Source: Candidatus Woesearchaeota archaeon
GTDB lineage: Archaea > Nanobdellota > Nanobdellia > Woesearchaeales > B72-G16
Reading direction: 5' to 3'
Assembly: GCA_003650545.1 (NCBI GenBank)
Contig: QMQO01000004.1
Span: 1-63,942 of the forward strand
DNA length: 63,942 nt
Below, one piece after another: positions 10,802 through 19,470 of this stretch (positions are counted from its first letter, which is position 1; each line of letters starts with the position of its first letter). The notes under the pieces were generated by a model. That model saw nothing but the letters and a program-made list of their open reading frames with translations. It was not told the origin of the DNA and did not search any database. The position numbers were made by a program, and so were the translations under genes.

Positions 10802-12877
10802 TTAATAAATAACTTCGTAAACATTAATTGGCTTGCTTTTCCCCTTAACCATAATTGGCTCAAGCTTTTTAAATTTAAAATAACGCTTGGCTTCTTTGTA
10901 TGTGTACTCTGAAACAAGTATCTGATCGCCTTTTGCTGCACTGCAAAGTCTAGCACCAAGATTAACATTATCTCCTAATACAGTGTAATCTGACATCTTT
11001 TCGCAACCAATGTTCCCTGCAACCATTTCACCAGTGTTTATTCCTATACCAATCTTACATGGAATCTTTCCTTCTTTTTTCCATTTGGTTTGCAGCCTTT
11101 TCATGGCCTTTTGCATATCTATCGCAGTCTCAATCGCGATTTTTGCGTGTTGAGGGTAGTGAACAGGTGCACCAAACAAAGACATCACTTCATCACCAAC
11201 AAATTTATCTAAGGTGCCATCATGTGCCATCACAACTTCTGTCATTGCAGTAAGGTACTCGTTTATCACTTTAACCAGTTTCTCAGGATCTTTAAGCTTC
11301 TCCGACATCGCTGTGAAACCACGTATATCTGCAAAAGAAACAGTCATGTTAAGACGCTGGCCAGTCAAAAACTGCTCATTCTTAATCTTCAACATCTGTT
11401 CAACCACTTTCTCATTAACATACCTTTTAAATACATTCTTGATCTTCTGCTTTGAGATATCCTCAAAGATTGCAGTATCTGCCTGGCTTGCAACTGCAGT
11501 CAACAATTTTTCATCATCAACATCAAAATGCTTCTTTCCTTTAGGATTTATCACACCAAACGTACCTATAACCTTATCTGCTAGAATTAAAGGGATGCAT
11601 AATATAGATCTTATATCTTTACTAACTTCATTCCTTGAAATAAGACTAGCTGTTTTAATTGCATCATAACCTATTTTTCGCATTATATGTTTCCGTCTAT
11701 CAGCGCCAGCACCGATTGTTTTCATTTCTTTCTCTTTCCCATCATCATCATATAGAATAATAAAACCAATCGTTGCTGCTGTCACATCAACAAATTCTTT
11801 TAGTACAGCAGATAACATCTTGTCGAAATCTTTTATGTTGTCCCTTATCTCGTCTATTCTATACAAAACCTGAAGTTCTTTATTCTTTAGTATCATTGAG
11901 TTAAAAACATTTATGTATTCAAGAGCAGAATCTAGCTGATCTTCTAAAACATGTAACAGAGCTTTATCATTATCAGAAAAACCTATTTTCTTATCAAGCA
12001 ACACAACTGCACCAAAAACTTTATCTTCGCCAAAAATAATGGGCATCACAAATCCATTCTTTGCTTTTCCAGATTTTACTTTTCCAGATTTTAGAAGCAA
12101 ATCCTTTTTCATCTTCATCGCATCTTTTGCCATCTTTAACACAAATCCATTGGAGAATCTTCCTTTTGTTCTGTCTTTTGTTGCAACAATCTCTGGCTGT
12201 TGGGACTTTTCATTTACTATAATAACTGCAGAATAATCCACAGGAATAAACTTTGCAACAACATCAAGCACTTGCACCATCATCTCATTGAGATTGTGTG
12301 TTTTGTCCCTTATACGGTCTATTTCTGTTATAATCGTTAACTCTCGCACTTTTTGTTTCACCCTTTCTACTGCTTTTATATGTTCTATTGCAGAGTCTGC
12401 CTGGCTTGCGATGGCTTTTAATAATCTAATATCATGTTCATTAAAACGGCCTTTTCTTTTATTAATAACAACAATTGCACCAATTGCTTTCCTATTTATC
12501 ACTAAGGGGATAGATAAAATAGAATTCAGTTTAACATGAGGGTGTCTAAAAACACCTCCTTCCCTTATAAACACTTCGCACGAATTTATACTTCTCCTTG
12601 CAAAATTCTTTATAGTCTGAAACCGTTCCCCTTTGAATAAATAAAGTCCCTTATCATTAACAGCAGCAATCTCCAACTCGTCAGTTTCTTCATTTACTAA
12701 CAGAATAAAACCCATCTCTACTTCTGCAGTCTTAACAACTTCCTTAAGTAACGGATTCAGAAAGTCTTGGAGGGTTTTAGCACTATCTCTGAGATCGTCC
12801 AGTGTATATAGAATTGATAATTCTTTTTCTTTCTGTTTTAGTTGTAAAATAAGATCCTTGGTACTTTTCTTAAACAT
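10802..12877 (-). CDS. Class III adenylate/guanylate cyclase with three N-terminal GAF-like domains
   Basis: The C-terminal catalytic domain carries FADIRGFTAMSE, GDEVMSLFGAP, IGINTGEMVAGNIG and YTVLGDNVNLGARL. Upstream are three repeats of about 170 aa, each opening with a coiled segment (LSILYTLDDLRD / LTIITEIDRIRD / LQVLYRIDEIRD) followed by a GAF-like body. Confidence 0.8.
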   Translation of the reverse strand: MFKKSTKDLILQLKQKEKELSILYTLDDLRDSAKTLQDFLNPLLKEVVKTAEVEMGFILLVNEETDELEIAAVNDKGLYLFKGERFQTIKNFARRSINSCEVFIREGGVFRHPHVKLNSILSIPLVINRKAIGAIVVINKRKGRFNEHDIRLLKAIASQADSAIEHIKAVERVKQKVRELTIITEIDRIRDKTHNLNEMMVQVLDVVAKFIPVDYSAVIIVNEKSQQPEIVATKDRTKGRFSNGFVLKMAKDAMKMKKDLLLKSGKVKSGKAKNGFVMPIIFGEDKVFGAVVLLDKKIGFSDNDKALLHVLEDQLDSALEYINVFNSMILKNKELQVLYRIDEIRDNIKDFDKMLSAVLKEFVDVTAATIGFIILYDDDGKEKEMKTIGAGADRRKHIMRKIGYDAIKTASLISRNEVSKDIRSILCIPLILADKVIGTFGVINPKGKKHFDVDDEKLLTAVASQADTAIFEDISKQKIKNVFKRYVNEKVVEQMLKIKNEQFLTGQRLNMTVSFADIRGFTAMSEKLKDPEKLVKVINEYLTAMTEVVMAHDGTLDKFVGDEVMSLFGAPVHYPQHAKIAIETAIDMQKAMKRLQTKWKKEGKIPCKIGIGINTGEMVAGNIGCEKMSDYTVLGDNVNLGARLCSAAKGDQILVSEYTYKEAKRYFKFKKLEPIMVKGKSKPINVYEVIY

Positions 12878-12985
12878 TTATAGCTCCCCAACCAATTGTA
12901 TACTAATTATATTTAAGCTGTATATTTAAAGATTTCTAGAGTTAAAGATTTCTTGATAGTAATATCTTGATAGTAATAGTAAAGA

Positions 12986-14758
12986 TCAAACACCCCAAAC
13001 AGGGTTCTTTCTTCTCATAATTTCTGCAATCTGCCTTAAAACATCTTTTTCATCCGCTGTTAAATATTCTTTATGTTTCTTCATCATCCTAAAATCGCCT
13101 TCCTCAATAAAACTGTAAAGGACATCTCCTTCCTTAATCTGCCTACCAATAGTAACTCCTGTCAAAGAAGCAGCAACTTGTTTACCTTTCTGTGCTTCAG
13201 ATATATTCTGCTTCTCCTGTTGTAATCCTTTAACAACAGTTACACACTCCCCTTCTTCAGTCATCAGATTCATTCCTGTTTTAAGAGTTCCAAGTAACAC
13301 TTCAACACCGACAATAGCAGGATTACTTTGCCGAAAAACATAGCCTTTTAAAATCTCGATCTTACACGGCCTTGTTACGCTTTGTAGCTCTCTTGCCTCT
13401 AATTGTTTTTTCCTATGTTCCTGCCATTTTTCGTAATCTTCTATTAAGCGATAGATAACATCATTTGTCAAAACAGTCACTTCTGTGTCATGCAGTTTCA
13501 CGTCTCTACCAATTTGAACGTTGAAACCTAGTACAATCGCATACATAGGTTGCTTTTCTAGATTGCTTTCAGCATCTATGATGTCTTTCTTGTTAACATC
13601 GCCTATTATTGCCTTTCTAATAGGGATCTTTTTCTCACGCAACAGATTAACCAAAGCCTCTAAACTACCTAGAGTGTCCGCTTTAATTATAATTCCTTCC
13701 TTATCAGTTTCTATCAAAACCTCTTCTACTTCTTTCTCGAGTTCTTCTTTAATAGTATCCACACTTTCCTTATCTGGCGCAACTCTAAGAGGCATTCCAG
13801 CAATAACATTTTCAGCACCAGGCGCAGAAATCTTAACACCTGTTGCAGCAACAGCTTCTTTAACAGATTTAAACTTAGCTTTTTCATCCCTCATCTCAGC
13901 AAGTGGAGCAGGTTCAAACAATGCTCTTACCTTAGCAACTATCGGTCCGTCTATATTACCAATCACAATAGTATCGCCTGTCTTGATTCTACCATCATAA
14001 ATTATAACATCCATTGTTTTTCCCAAACCTCTCTCTTCCTTTACTTCTAGGATAGTGCCTTTAGCAGGTCCCTCAACATCAACCTTAAGGCTCTGTTCTA
14101 GGAAACGTTGCGCTAACCCAGTTAGCACCATTAATAACTCAGCTATTCCTTCCCCAAACTTAGCGTCAGTTGGGACGATAGCAACCTGTTTTGTATAATC
14201 AGAAACACGATCAAAACGCTCGCTTTCAAAACCAAGCTCAGATAATGTGCCAACAAGTTCATATATCCTTTTATCTAATTCATTTTGAACATTATCTGCC
14301 TGAATCCTTATATTCTCTAGGATAGATTTTTCTGGATCTTTTACCCAGCCTGCAATAAGGTCTATTTTATTAGCCGCAACAATAAATGGTGTCTTATATC
14401 TCTTCAATATATCAACAGCTTCAAATGTTTGCGGTTTAAAGCCTTCATTCACATCTACAACAAGGATAGCTATATCAGCTAAGTTACCACCCCTTCTCCT
14501 AAGGTTAGCAAATGCAGCATGCCCGGGTGTATCTATGAACAGTATCCCAGGCAAGGTTAATTTCAATTTTAAAGTCTCAAGCATCTTTCCACATATTTTC
14601 TTGATAGTTTCAATTGGCACTATGCTAGCTCCTATCGCCTGTGTTATAGCCCCAGCTTCTTTTTCAACAATAACTGTCTTTCTAATTGTATCTAATATAC
14701 GTGATTTACCGTGGTCAACATGACCTACTACTACAGCTATGGGTTGTCGTATCACCAT
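12986..14758 (-). CDS. infB: Translation initiation factor aIF5B (IF-2 family GTPase)
   Basis: GHVDHGKS P-loop, DTPGH and ANKID G-motifs, and an archaeal aIF5B domain order of 590 aa. Confidence 0.9.
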   Translation of the reverse strand: MVIRQPIAVVVGHVDHGKSRILDTIRKTVIVEKEAGAITQAIGASIVPIETIKKICGKMLETLKLKLTLPGILFIDTPGHAAFANLRRRGGNLADIAILVVDVNEGFKPQTFEAVDILKRYKTPFIVAANKIDLIAGWVKDPEKSILENIRIQADNVQNELDKRIYELVGTLSELGFESERFDRVSDYTKQVAIVPTDAKFGEGIAELLMVLTGLAQRFLEQSLKVDVEGPAKGTILEVKEERGLGKTMDVIIYDGRIKTGDTIVIGNIDGPIVAKVRALFEPAPLAEMRDEKAKFKSVKEAVAATGVKISAPGAENVIAGMPLRVAPDKESVDTIKEELEKEVEEVLIETDKEGIIIKADTLGSLEALVNLLREKKIPIRKAIIGDVNKKDIIDAESNLEKQPMYAIVLGFNVQIGRDVKLHDTEVTVLTNDVIYRLIEDYEKWQEHRKKQLEARELQSVTRPCKIEILKGYVFRQSNPAIVGVEVLLGTLKTGMNLMTEEGECVTVVKGLQQEKQNISEAQKGKQVAASLTGVTIGRQIKEGDVLYSFIEEGDFRMMKKHKEYLTADEKDVLRQIAEIMRRKNPVWGV

Positions 14759-15115
14759 TTATGATTAGAAATAGTAAGAGTTTTTAAAGGTTTAGGATGA
14801 ATTTATTCATTATTTTCTTCATTATTTTCTTGTTACACAAAGTTACACAAACTATATAGATATAATGATTTATTAGTGTAATAGCCTATTGTATTAGCCC
14901 ATAATATTAGCCTATAATAATTGTACTGTAATTGTATCTGTAACTGTATTTGTAATTGTACTATAATTGTATTTAGCTTTTACATATTAGTTTACATCAT
15001 TAATGTACTTGCGTTAATTGAGATTGTATTAATAACTCTGTATAATAATTAATAATTTAAATAATAATTAATAATTTAACAATAATAATTTAAAGGAACA
15101 AATATTCACCATATC

Positions 15116-16195
15116 ATGAAAACTATTGTAGAAGGATCAGCCATAATAAAGATAGCAGAACAAGAAAAGGTCAGCAAAAAACTACCTGTATTCTACAATC
15201 CAATAATGAAGACAAATAGAGACATCTCTATATTGTTATTAAACGCTCTAAACAAAAAACAGATGCAGATAGCACTACCTCTAGCAGGCTCAGGAGTGAG
15301 AGGGATTAGATTCTTAAAAGAACTTAAAAAAGATAAAATCAAAAACATTTCATTTAATGATCTAAAGCCTATTACAGTAAAATATATCAACAAAAATATT
15401 TTGTTAAACAATATTAAAAATAAAAAACTAAAACCAGATAGAAAGGGCAATATAGACGATTACATCAAGATTACAAACAAAGAAGCAGATATCTTCTTGT
15501 TAGAAAGTAGTGGCTTTGATTATATTGATATAGATCCATTTGGCACGCCTAATCCATTTCTAGATGCGTCTATTAAAAGATTAGCAAGAAAAGGTATTCT
15601 TGCAATAACAGCAACAGATACGAGTGCATTAGCTGGTACATACGAGAATGCTTGCAAACGAAAATATTGGGCCAAACCTTTAAGAACTGCGATCATGCAC
15701 GAAATTGGTTTAAGGATTTTAATTAGAAAAATACAGCTTATAGCAGCACAGTACGAGAAAGCGCTGACACCAATCTTTAGCTATGCTACAGACCATTATT
15801 ATCGCGTTTATTTCCAATGTCAAAAAGGCAAAACTAAAGTTGACAAGATCTTAAAGCAACACCAGATGTATAAAGATGCTGGTCCACTATGGACAGGACA
15901 GCTTGCTGATAAAAAACTAGCAGAAAAAATTGTAAGAAACAACAAACAACCAGAACTCAGTTTACTGTTACAAAATATTTCAGATGAAAGCAAACTAAAG
16001 GCATGGCCTTTCTATGATATACATACATTATGCAAAAAAAATAAACTCAGTATACCAAAAAAAGAATTGATAGTAAGAGAAATAAAAAAAAAGAAATACA
16101 AGGTCAGCAACACACATTTTTCATTGCATTCTGTGAGAAGTAATATCCCTAAAAGAGAACTGATCGAAATACTAAGAAGACTTCAGCCCAATTAA
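15116..16195 (+). CDS. trm1: tRNA (guanine26-N2)-dimethyltransferase Trm1
   Basis: N-terminus EGSAIIK...VFYNPIMKTNRDISILLL, then DIDPFGTPNPFLDASI and ITATDTSALAG, all typical of the TRM1 family. Confidence 0.85.
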   Translation: MKTIVEGSAIIKIAEQEKVSKKLPVFYNPIMKTNRDISILLLNALNKKQMQIALPLAGSGVRGIRFLKELKKDKIKNISFNDLKPITVKYINKNILLNNIKNKKLKPDRKGNIDDYIKITNKEADIFLLESSGFDYIDIDPFGTPNPFLDASIKRLARKGILAITATDTSALAGTYENACKRKYWAKPLRTAIMHEIGLRILIRKIQLIAAQYEKALTPIFSYATDHYYRVYFQCQKGKTKVDKILKQHQMYKDAGPLWTGQLADKKLAEKIVRNNKQPELSLLLQNISDESKLKAWPFYDIHTLCKKNKLSIPKKELIVREIKKKKYKVSNTHFSLHSVRSNIPKRELIEILRRLQPN

Positions 16196-16250
16196 AATCA
16201 TAAAACTATTTATATATGAAAGAATACCCTTCTTAAAAGAGGTAATATAA

Positions 16251-17078
16251 ATGAAACAGACAATGCTAGTAGCAATAACAATTCTGACATTAGTTTTATT
16301 CTTAGTAGCTGGATGTGAACAACCTATAACACCAGAATCAACATCTACAACTGAACCAGCATCCACACCTAAAAAACCAGAAGCTCAACTAGAATGTAAG
16401 ATAAAAGGCGGAACGTGGAGGGAATTCTCAAACGCTTGTGTTGACTCTTGTGAACTAGTAACAGATCCTAATCTGCTATGTGCACAGGTAATAACACCTG
16501 GTTGTGATTGCGGTCCTGATAAGTGCTGGGACGATGATACTGAAACATGTATACCTAACCCCCCAAAAAAATCAAAAGAGCAGCTTGCCTGTGAAAACCA
16601 AGGCGGGGTCTGGAAAGACTTTCCTGACAACTGCGTCGACTCATGTATAACACTTAAAAAGATCAATCCTACATGCACTGCAGTAATAACACCTGGTTGT
16701 GATTGCGGCCCTGATAAGTGCTGGGACGATGATACCAAGAATTGTATTCAAAATCTAAAGGTACCCGGATTTATAAAACTCGATCGTAAAACAGCAGAAC
16801 AAAAACTACAAGAAGCCGGCTGTTGGTACAATCTAACAAGAAAAAGCGAATGTATTGTCTTTGAAGACCCATACTGGATAATCCAAAATGAAATCTGTCT
16901 AGGCAAGTGTAAAATCAATGCATATACTGGTGAAGTTGAGATAGATATTGATCCAATGTGCATGGGACTATTAATGCCAGGAGAATGCCAAACAGATGCT
17001 GATTGTTCAAAATATACACCTAGGTGTGCAACCAAATATGTCTGCAAGAACACTTCGTGTGTGCCTAGCTACGAATAA
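16251..17078 (+). CDS. Secreted Cys-rich lipoprotein with an internal tandem domain duplication
   Basis: Signal peptide plus lipobox (LFLVAGC). Two modules of about 60 aa follow (C..GG.W..F...CVDSC.......C..VITPGCDCGPDKCWDDDT..C), then a third Cys-rich C-terminal part. Confidence 0.7.
   Translation: MKQTMLVAITILTLVLFLVAGCEQPITPESTSTTEPASTPKKPEAQLECKIKGGTWREFSNACVDSCELVTDPNLLCAQVITPGCDCGPDKCWDDDTETCIPNPPKKSKEQLACENQGGVWKDFPDNCVDSCITLKKINPTCTAVITPGCDCGPDKCWDDDTKNCIQNLKVPGFIKLDRKTAEQKLQEAGCWYNLTRKSECIVFEDPYWIIQNEICLGKCKINAYTGEVEIDIDPMCMGLLMPGECQTDADCSKYTPRCATKYVCKNTSCVPSYE
16389..16751 (+). repeat. Intragenic tandem duplication (two units of about 190 nt) inside the Cys-rich lipoprotein gene
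   Basis: The protein units are LECKIKGGTWREF...CWDDDTETC and LACENQGGVWKDF...CWDDDTKNC. A 53-nt core (16488-16540 versus 16683-16735) differs at a single base, while the flanks have diverged. Confidence 0.85.
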
Positions 17079-17240
17079 TTTTTTGTTTAAGTATTTTTGT
17101 TTTTCAGAGAGGACTGCTTCTTGAACAGCTAAAAAGCCACAAGAAAAAGCCACAAGCTTAGATGTCAGTTACACTTAACAAATCCTTATTGGAAGAAAAT
17201 TATTATAATGCATTCAAATTTCTTAGAGTTCTAAACTTAG

Positions 17241-18179
17241 TTATTCAAAATCCAGAACAATCTTTCCAATATTTCTTATATTAGTTGCAAGTTGTCTTAA
17301 ATTGTCAATCACTTTATAATTCTTAGCAGTAACCTTTAATGCGTCTATCTCTTTCTCAATATCTTCTTTCTCTGCAATCACTCGATCAGCCAACTTACGA
17401 TCATTTGTAAAAAATGCCTTAATTGTTTTCAGATAATAGTCGCCTAGCGAAGCAAACATATTCTCAAAATTCCTAATATCTTTCTTGTCATGCTCTTCCA
17501 ACACTTTTGCTAGATTTTTTGTACTATCAGCAACTCTTTCTATATTCTTAGCAATGTTCCATAAAGATAAAGCTTCTACATTTGTTATTTTAAAAGCTTT
17601 TGCCTTCTGCTGATTAGACAATGCGCTCCTTATCAATCTAGACATCAAAAAGAATAACTTATCCAGCTCAAAATCGCGATATCTCAAACTTTCAGATATT
17701 TTCTCACCTTTAAAGACTTTCTTACAATCAAGCAACATGCTCCTATTTAGCATGTCCATTCTTCTTATTGTATTATTAACAGAAAATTCGTCTAGGTTCA
17801 AAAAATCTTTTGCACTTAGCTTTGTGGTAGTTTGTTCTTGTATCTCTAAAGCAAGAAAATTATCTAATATCTTTCTGACTTCGGGCAGCTTTTCATTTAG
17901 AGTTTTGCCTATGAAATTAAACAAATGATAGTTGTTAATATAAGCAGATATTGTCTCTCTCCGGATCGTTCCTATATCCTTGTTATCTATCTCGATTGTT
18001 ATCTCTTTAATCTCTTGCTCATCTTGCTTCTCTTTATGCGTAACTATGACTTCACCAGCAGAATTCTCTTTTACAAAAAGAATATCCCCTTTTTTTAGTT
18101 TATTTCTCTCAACCCAATCTTTAGGCAGAGAAATTGTATAAGAAGCAGAACCAGTTTTAACAAGTCGTCTTATTTGCAT
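17241..18179 (-). CDS. AbrB/SpoVT-domain plus PhoU-domain regulator (archaeal PhoU-like phosphate uptake regulator)
   Basis: The N-terminus MQIRRLVKTGSASYTISLPKDWVERNKLKKGDILFV is a swapped-hairpin AbrB motif. It is followed by a helical PhoU-like repeat region. Confidence 0.7.
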   Translation of the reverse strand: MQIRRLVKTGSASYTISLPKDWVERNKLKKGDILFVKENSAGEVIVTHKEKQDEQEIKEITIEIDNKDIGTIRRETISAYINNYHLFNFIGKTLNEKLPEVRKILDNFLALEIQEQTTTKLSAKDFLNLDEFSVNNTIRRMDMLNRSMLLDCKKVFKGEKISESLRYRDFELDKLFFLMSRLIRSALSNQQKAKAFKITNVEALSLWNIAKNIERVADSTKNLAKVLEEHDKKDIRNFENMFASLGDYYLKTIKAFFTNDRKLADRVIAEKEDIEKEIDALKVTAKNYKVIDNLRQLATNIRNIGKIVLDFE

Positions 18180-18527
18180 GATTTCACCTCTTTAAATCGT
18201 GTTTTTAAATGAAAAGTACGACTCGTATATAAATTTTGTGTGGATATTGGAAATATTAGCCAGCCAGTTAAAAGAGTAAAGTCTTCTCAAATGAAGAAAA
18301 TCAGAAGATCGTTTTTGGCTCATCCAAAGATTCAAACAGAGAATGAGGTCGAATCACCACAAAAGTAAATTGTACAAAGCATTGTCTGCGTCACCATACA
18401 TTGTATGTAAGATGTGCATCAGCTGATATATCAAGATTTTCTAAAAAGCGACTTACACTGATTATACTAATTATACAGATATTTAAAAAAGCAACAAGAA
18501 CATTTTTAAAATCAGTAGCAAGAATCC

Positions 18528-18803
18528 TCAGCCTATCGCTCGCCTAACATCTATCACTTCAACACTATTAACTCCATCTAATTCACTAATAGAATTCTCT
18601 AATTCTTCTGTACTTCCTTTAGCTTCGTCCATCACAAATATAATATTTAATGATCTTAGCCCAAATGCAATAGGTTCCTTACTTGTTTTTCCAACGTCGC
18701 CACCAAATTTAGCAATCAATTCAGTCGCTTTCTTCTCTACTTCATCTAGATTCACATCAGTAGACTTAGGCATAATTTTTAGTGTTATTATAACATTTGC
18801 CAT
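18528..18803 (-). CDS. ef1b: Elongation factor 1-beta (aEF-1beta)
   Basis: 91 aa: MANVIITLKIMP....EPIAFGLRSLNIIFVMDEAKGSTEELENSISELDGVNSVEVIDVRR, the canonical archaeal EF-1beta pattern. Confidence 0.85.
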   Translation of the reverse strand: MANVIITLKIMPKSTDVNLDEVEKKATELIAKFGGDVGKTSKEPIAFGLRSLNIIFVMDEAKGSTEELENSISELDGVNSVEVIDVRRAIG

Positions 18804-18880
18804 CTTCAGTTAGTTCTCATATAGATGATTATCAATTTAATGATATTCTCAATTTAATGATAGCCTATTTAAAATCGAAA

Positions 18881-19051
18881 TCAAGGACCTTCAAAACCAC
18901 AATTATGACATTTATATTTAGCAACAATCTCACGGCAGTGCTTACATCTAATTATCTCTGTTTTACCGCATTGTGGACACATAAACCTAGTGCTACCTTT
19001 TATATTTGATATCTTTTTCTTACACGAACTACATCTTAAATCTTCTGCCAT
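18881..19051 (-). CDS. Zn-ribbon protein (COG2888/DUF1610-like), the usual upstream partner of aEF-1beta
   Basis: 56-codon ORF below the track cutoff, found by hand: MAEDLRCSSCKKKISNIKGSTRFMCPQCGKTEIIRCKHCREIVAKYKCHNCGFEGP. It has four CxxC pairs and lies 77 nt upstream of ef1b on the same strand. Confidence 0.7.
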   Translation of the reverse strand: MAEDLRCSSCKKKISNIKGSTRFMCPQCGKTEIIRCKHCREIVAKYKCHNCGFEGP

Positions 19052-19470
19052 AGTAATTAGACAAAAGCAACGATTTAAAAAGTTTATGTTTCTTTGGCTG
19101 AATACGAACCAGAATTCTCATGGTTTTTTGACACTCTGACATGCAAGATTCCCATATAGAGAGTCAGGTATAGACGGGAGAGCAGGTATAGAGTCAGATT
19201 CCTAAATTAGAAAAGTGCCAGAGCCACATAGCCAGGGTTTGTAACAGTTTGTAACAGTCATTTTTTTCTTAGTTTATAAAACGATGTTTCTCGATGTTTC
19301 TATAAAGATACAAAAGGTACCAAACAAAAATAAACAAAGTAAAAATTATTCTGCTCTAACATTCAAATTGGCCTATCTATTTCTGCATCAAAAAAAACAA
19401 AATCTGAAAAGTAACTATTCCAGAAGTATAACAAAAGTATATAAATGTACACTATAATCGTACTTACACA

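Noticed and set aside
10783-10968. 61-aa ORF overlapping the 3' end of the cyclase gene in another frame
   Set aside because: It is embedded in the conserved catalytic-domain coding region of the cyclase and has no independent signals.
13521-14000. 159-aa plus-strand ORF inside infB. Similar antisense ORFs occur inside the cyclase (11214-11669, 12288-12539), rtcA, nrdJ, radA, rpa, ABC operon, AAA and VWA genes.
   Set aside because: Each is fully embedded antisense to a gene with strong family motifs. None has recognisable motifs or SD-like start contexts.
14759-15115. Possible CRISPR array or replication origin in the repeat-rich spacer
   Set aside because: The repeats are 10-19 bp, mostly two-copy and directly abutting, with no unique spacers, so this is not CRISPR. 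There is no adjacent orc1/cdc6 gene and no recognisable long ORB-type inverted repeats, so an origin call is unsupported.
18180-18527. Searched the 348-nt spacer for C/D-box or H/ACA sRNAs (CTGATGC, GGATGAG...CTGA)
   Set aside because: The box-like strings are imperfect. Their spacing is about 18 nt or about 150 nt, which does not fit the 50-70-nt archaeal C/D architecture. No terminal stem was found.
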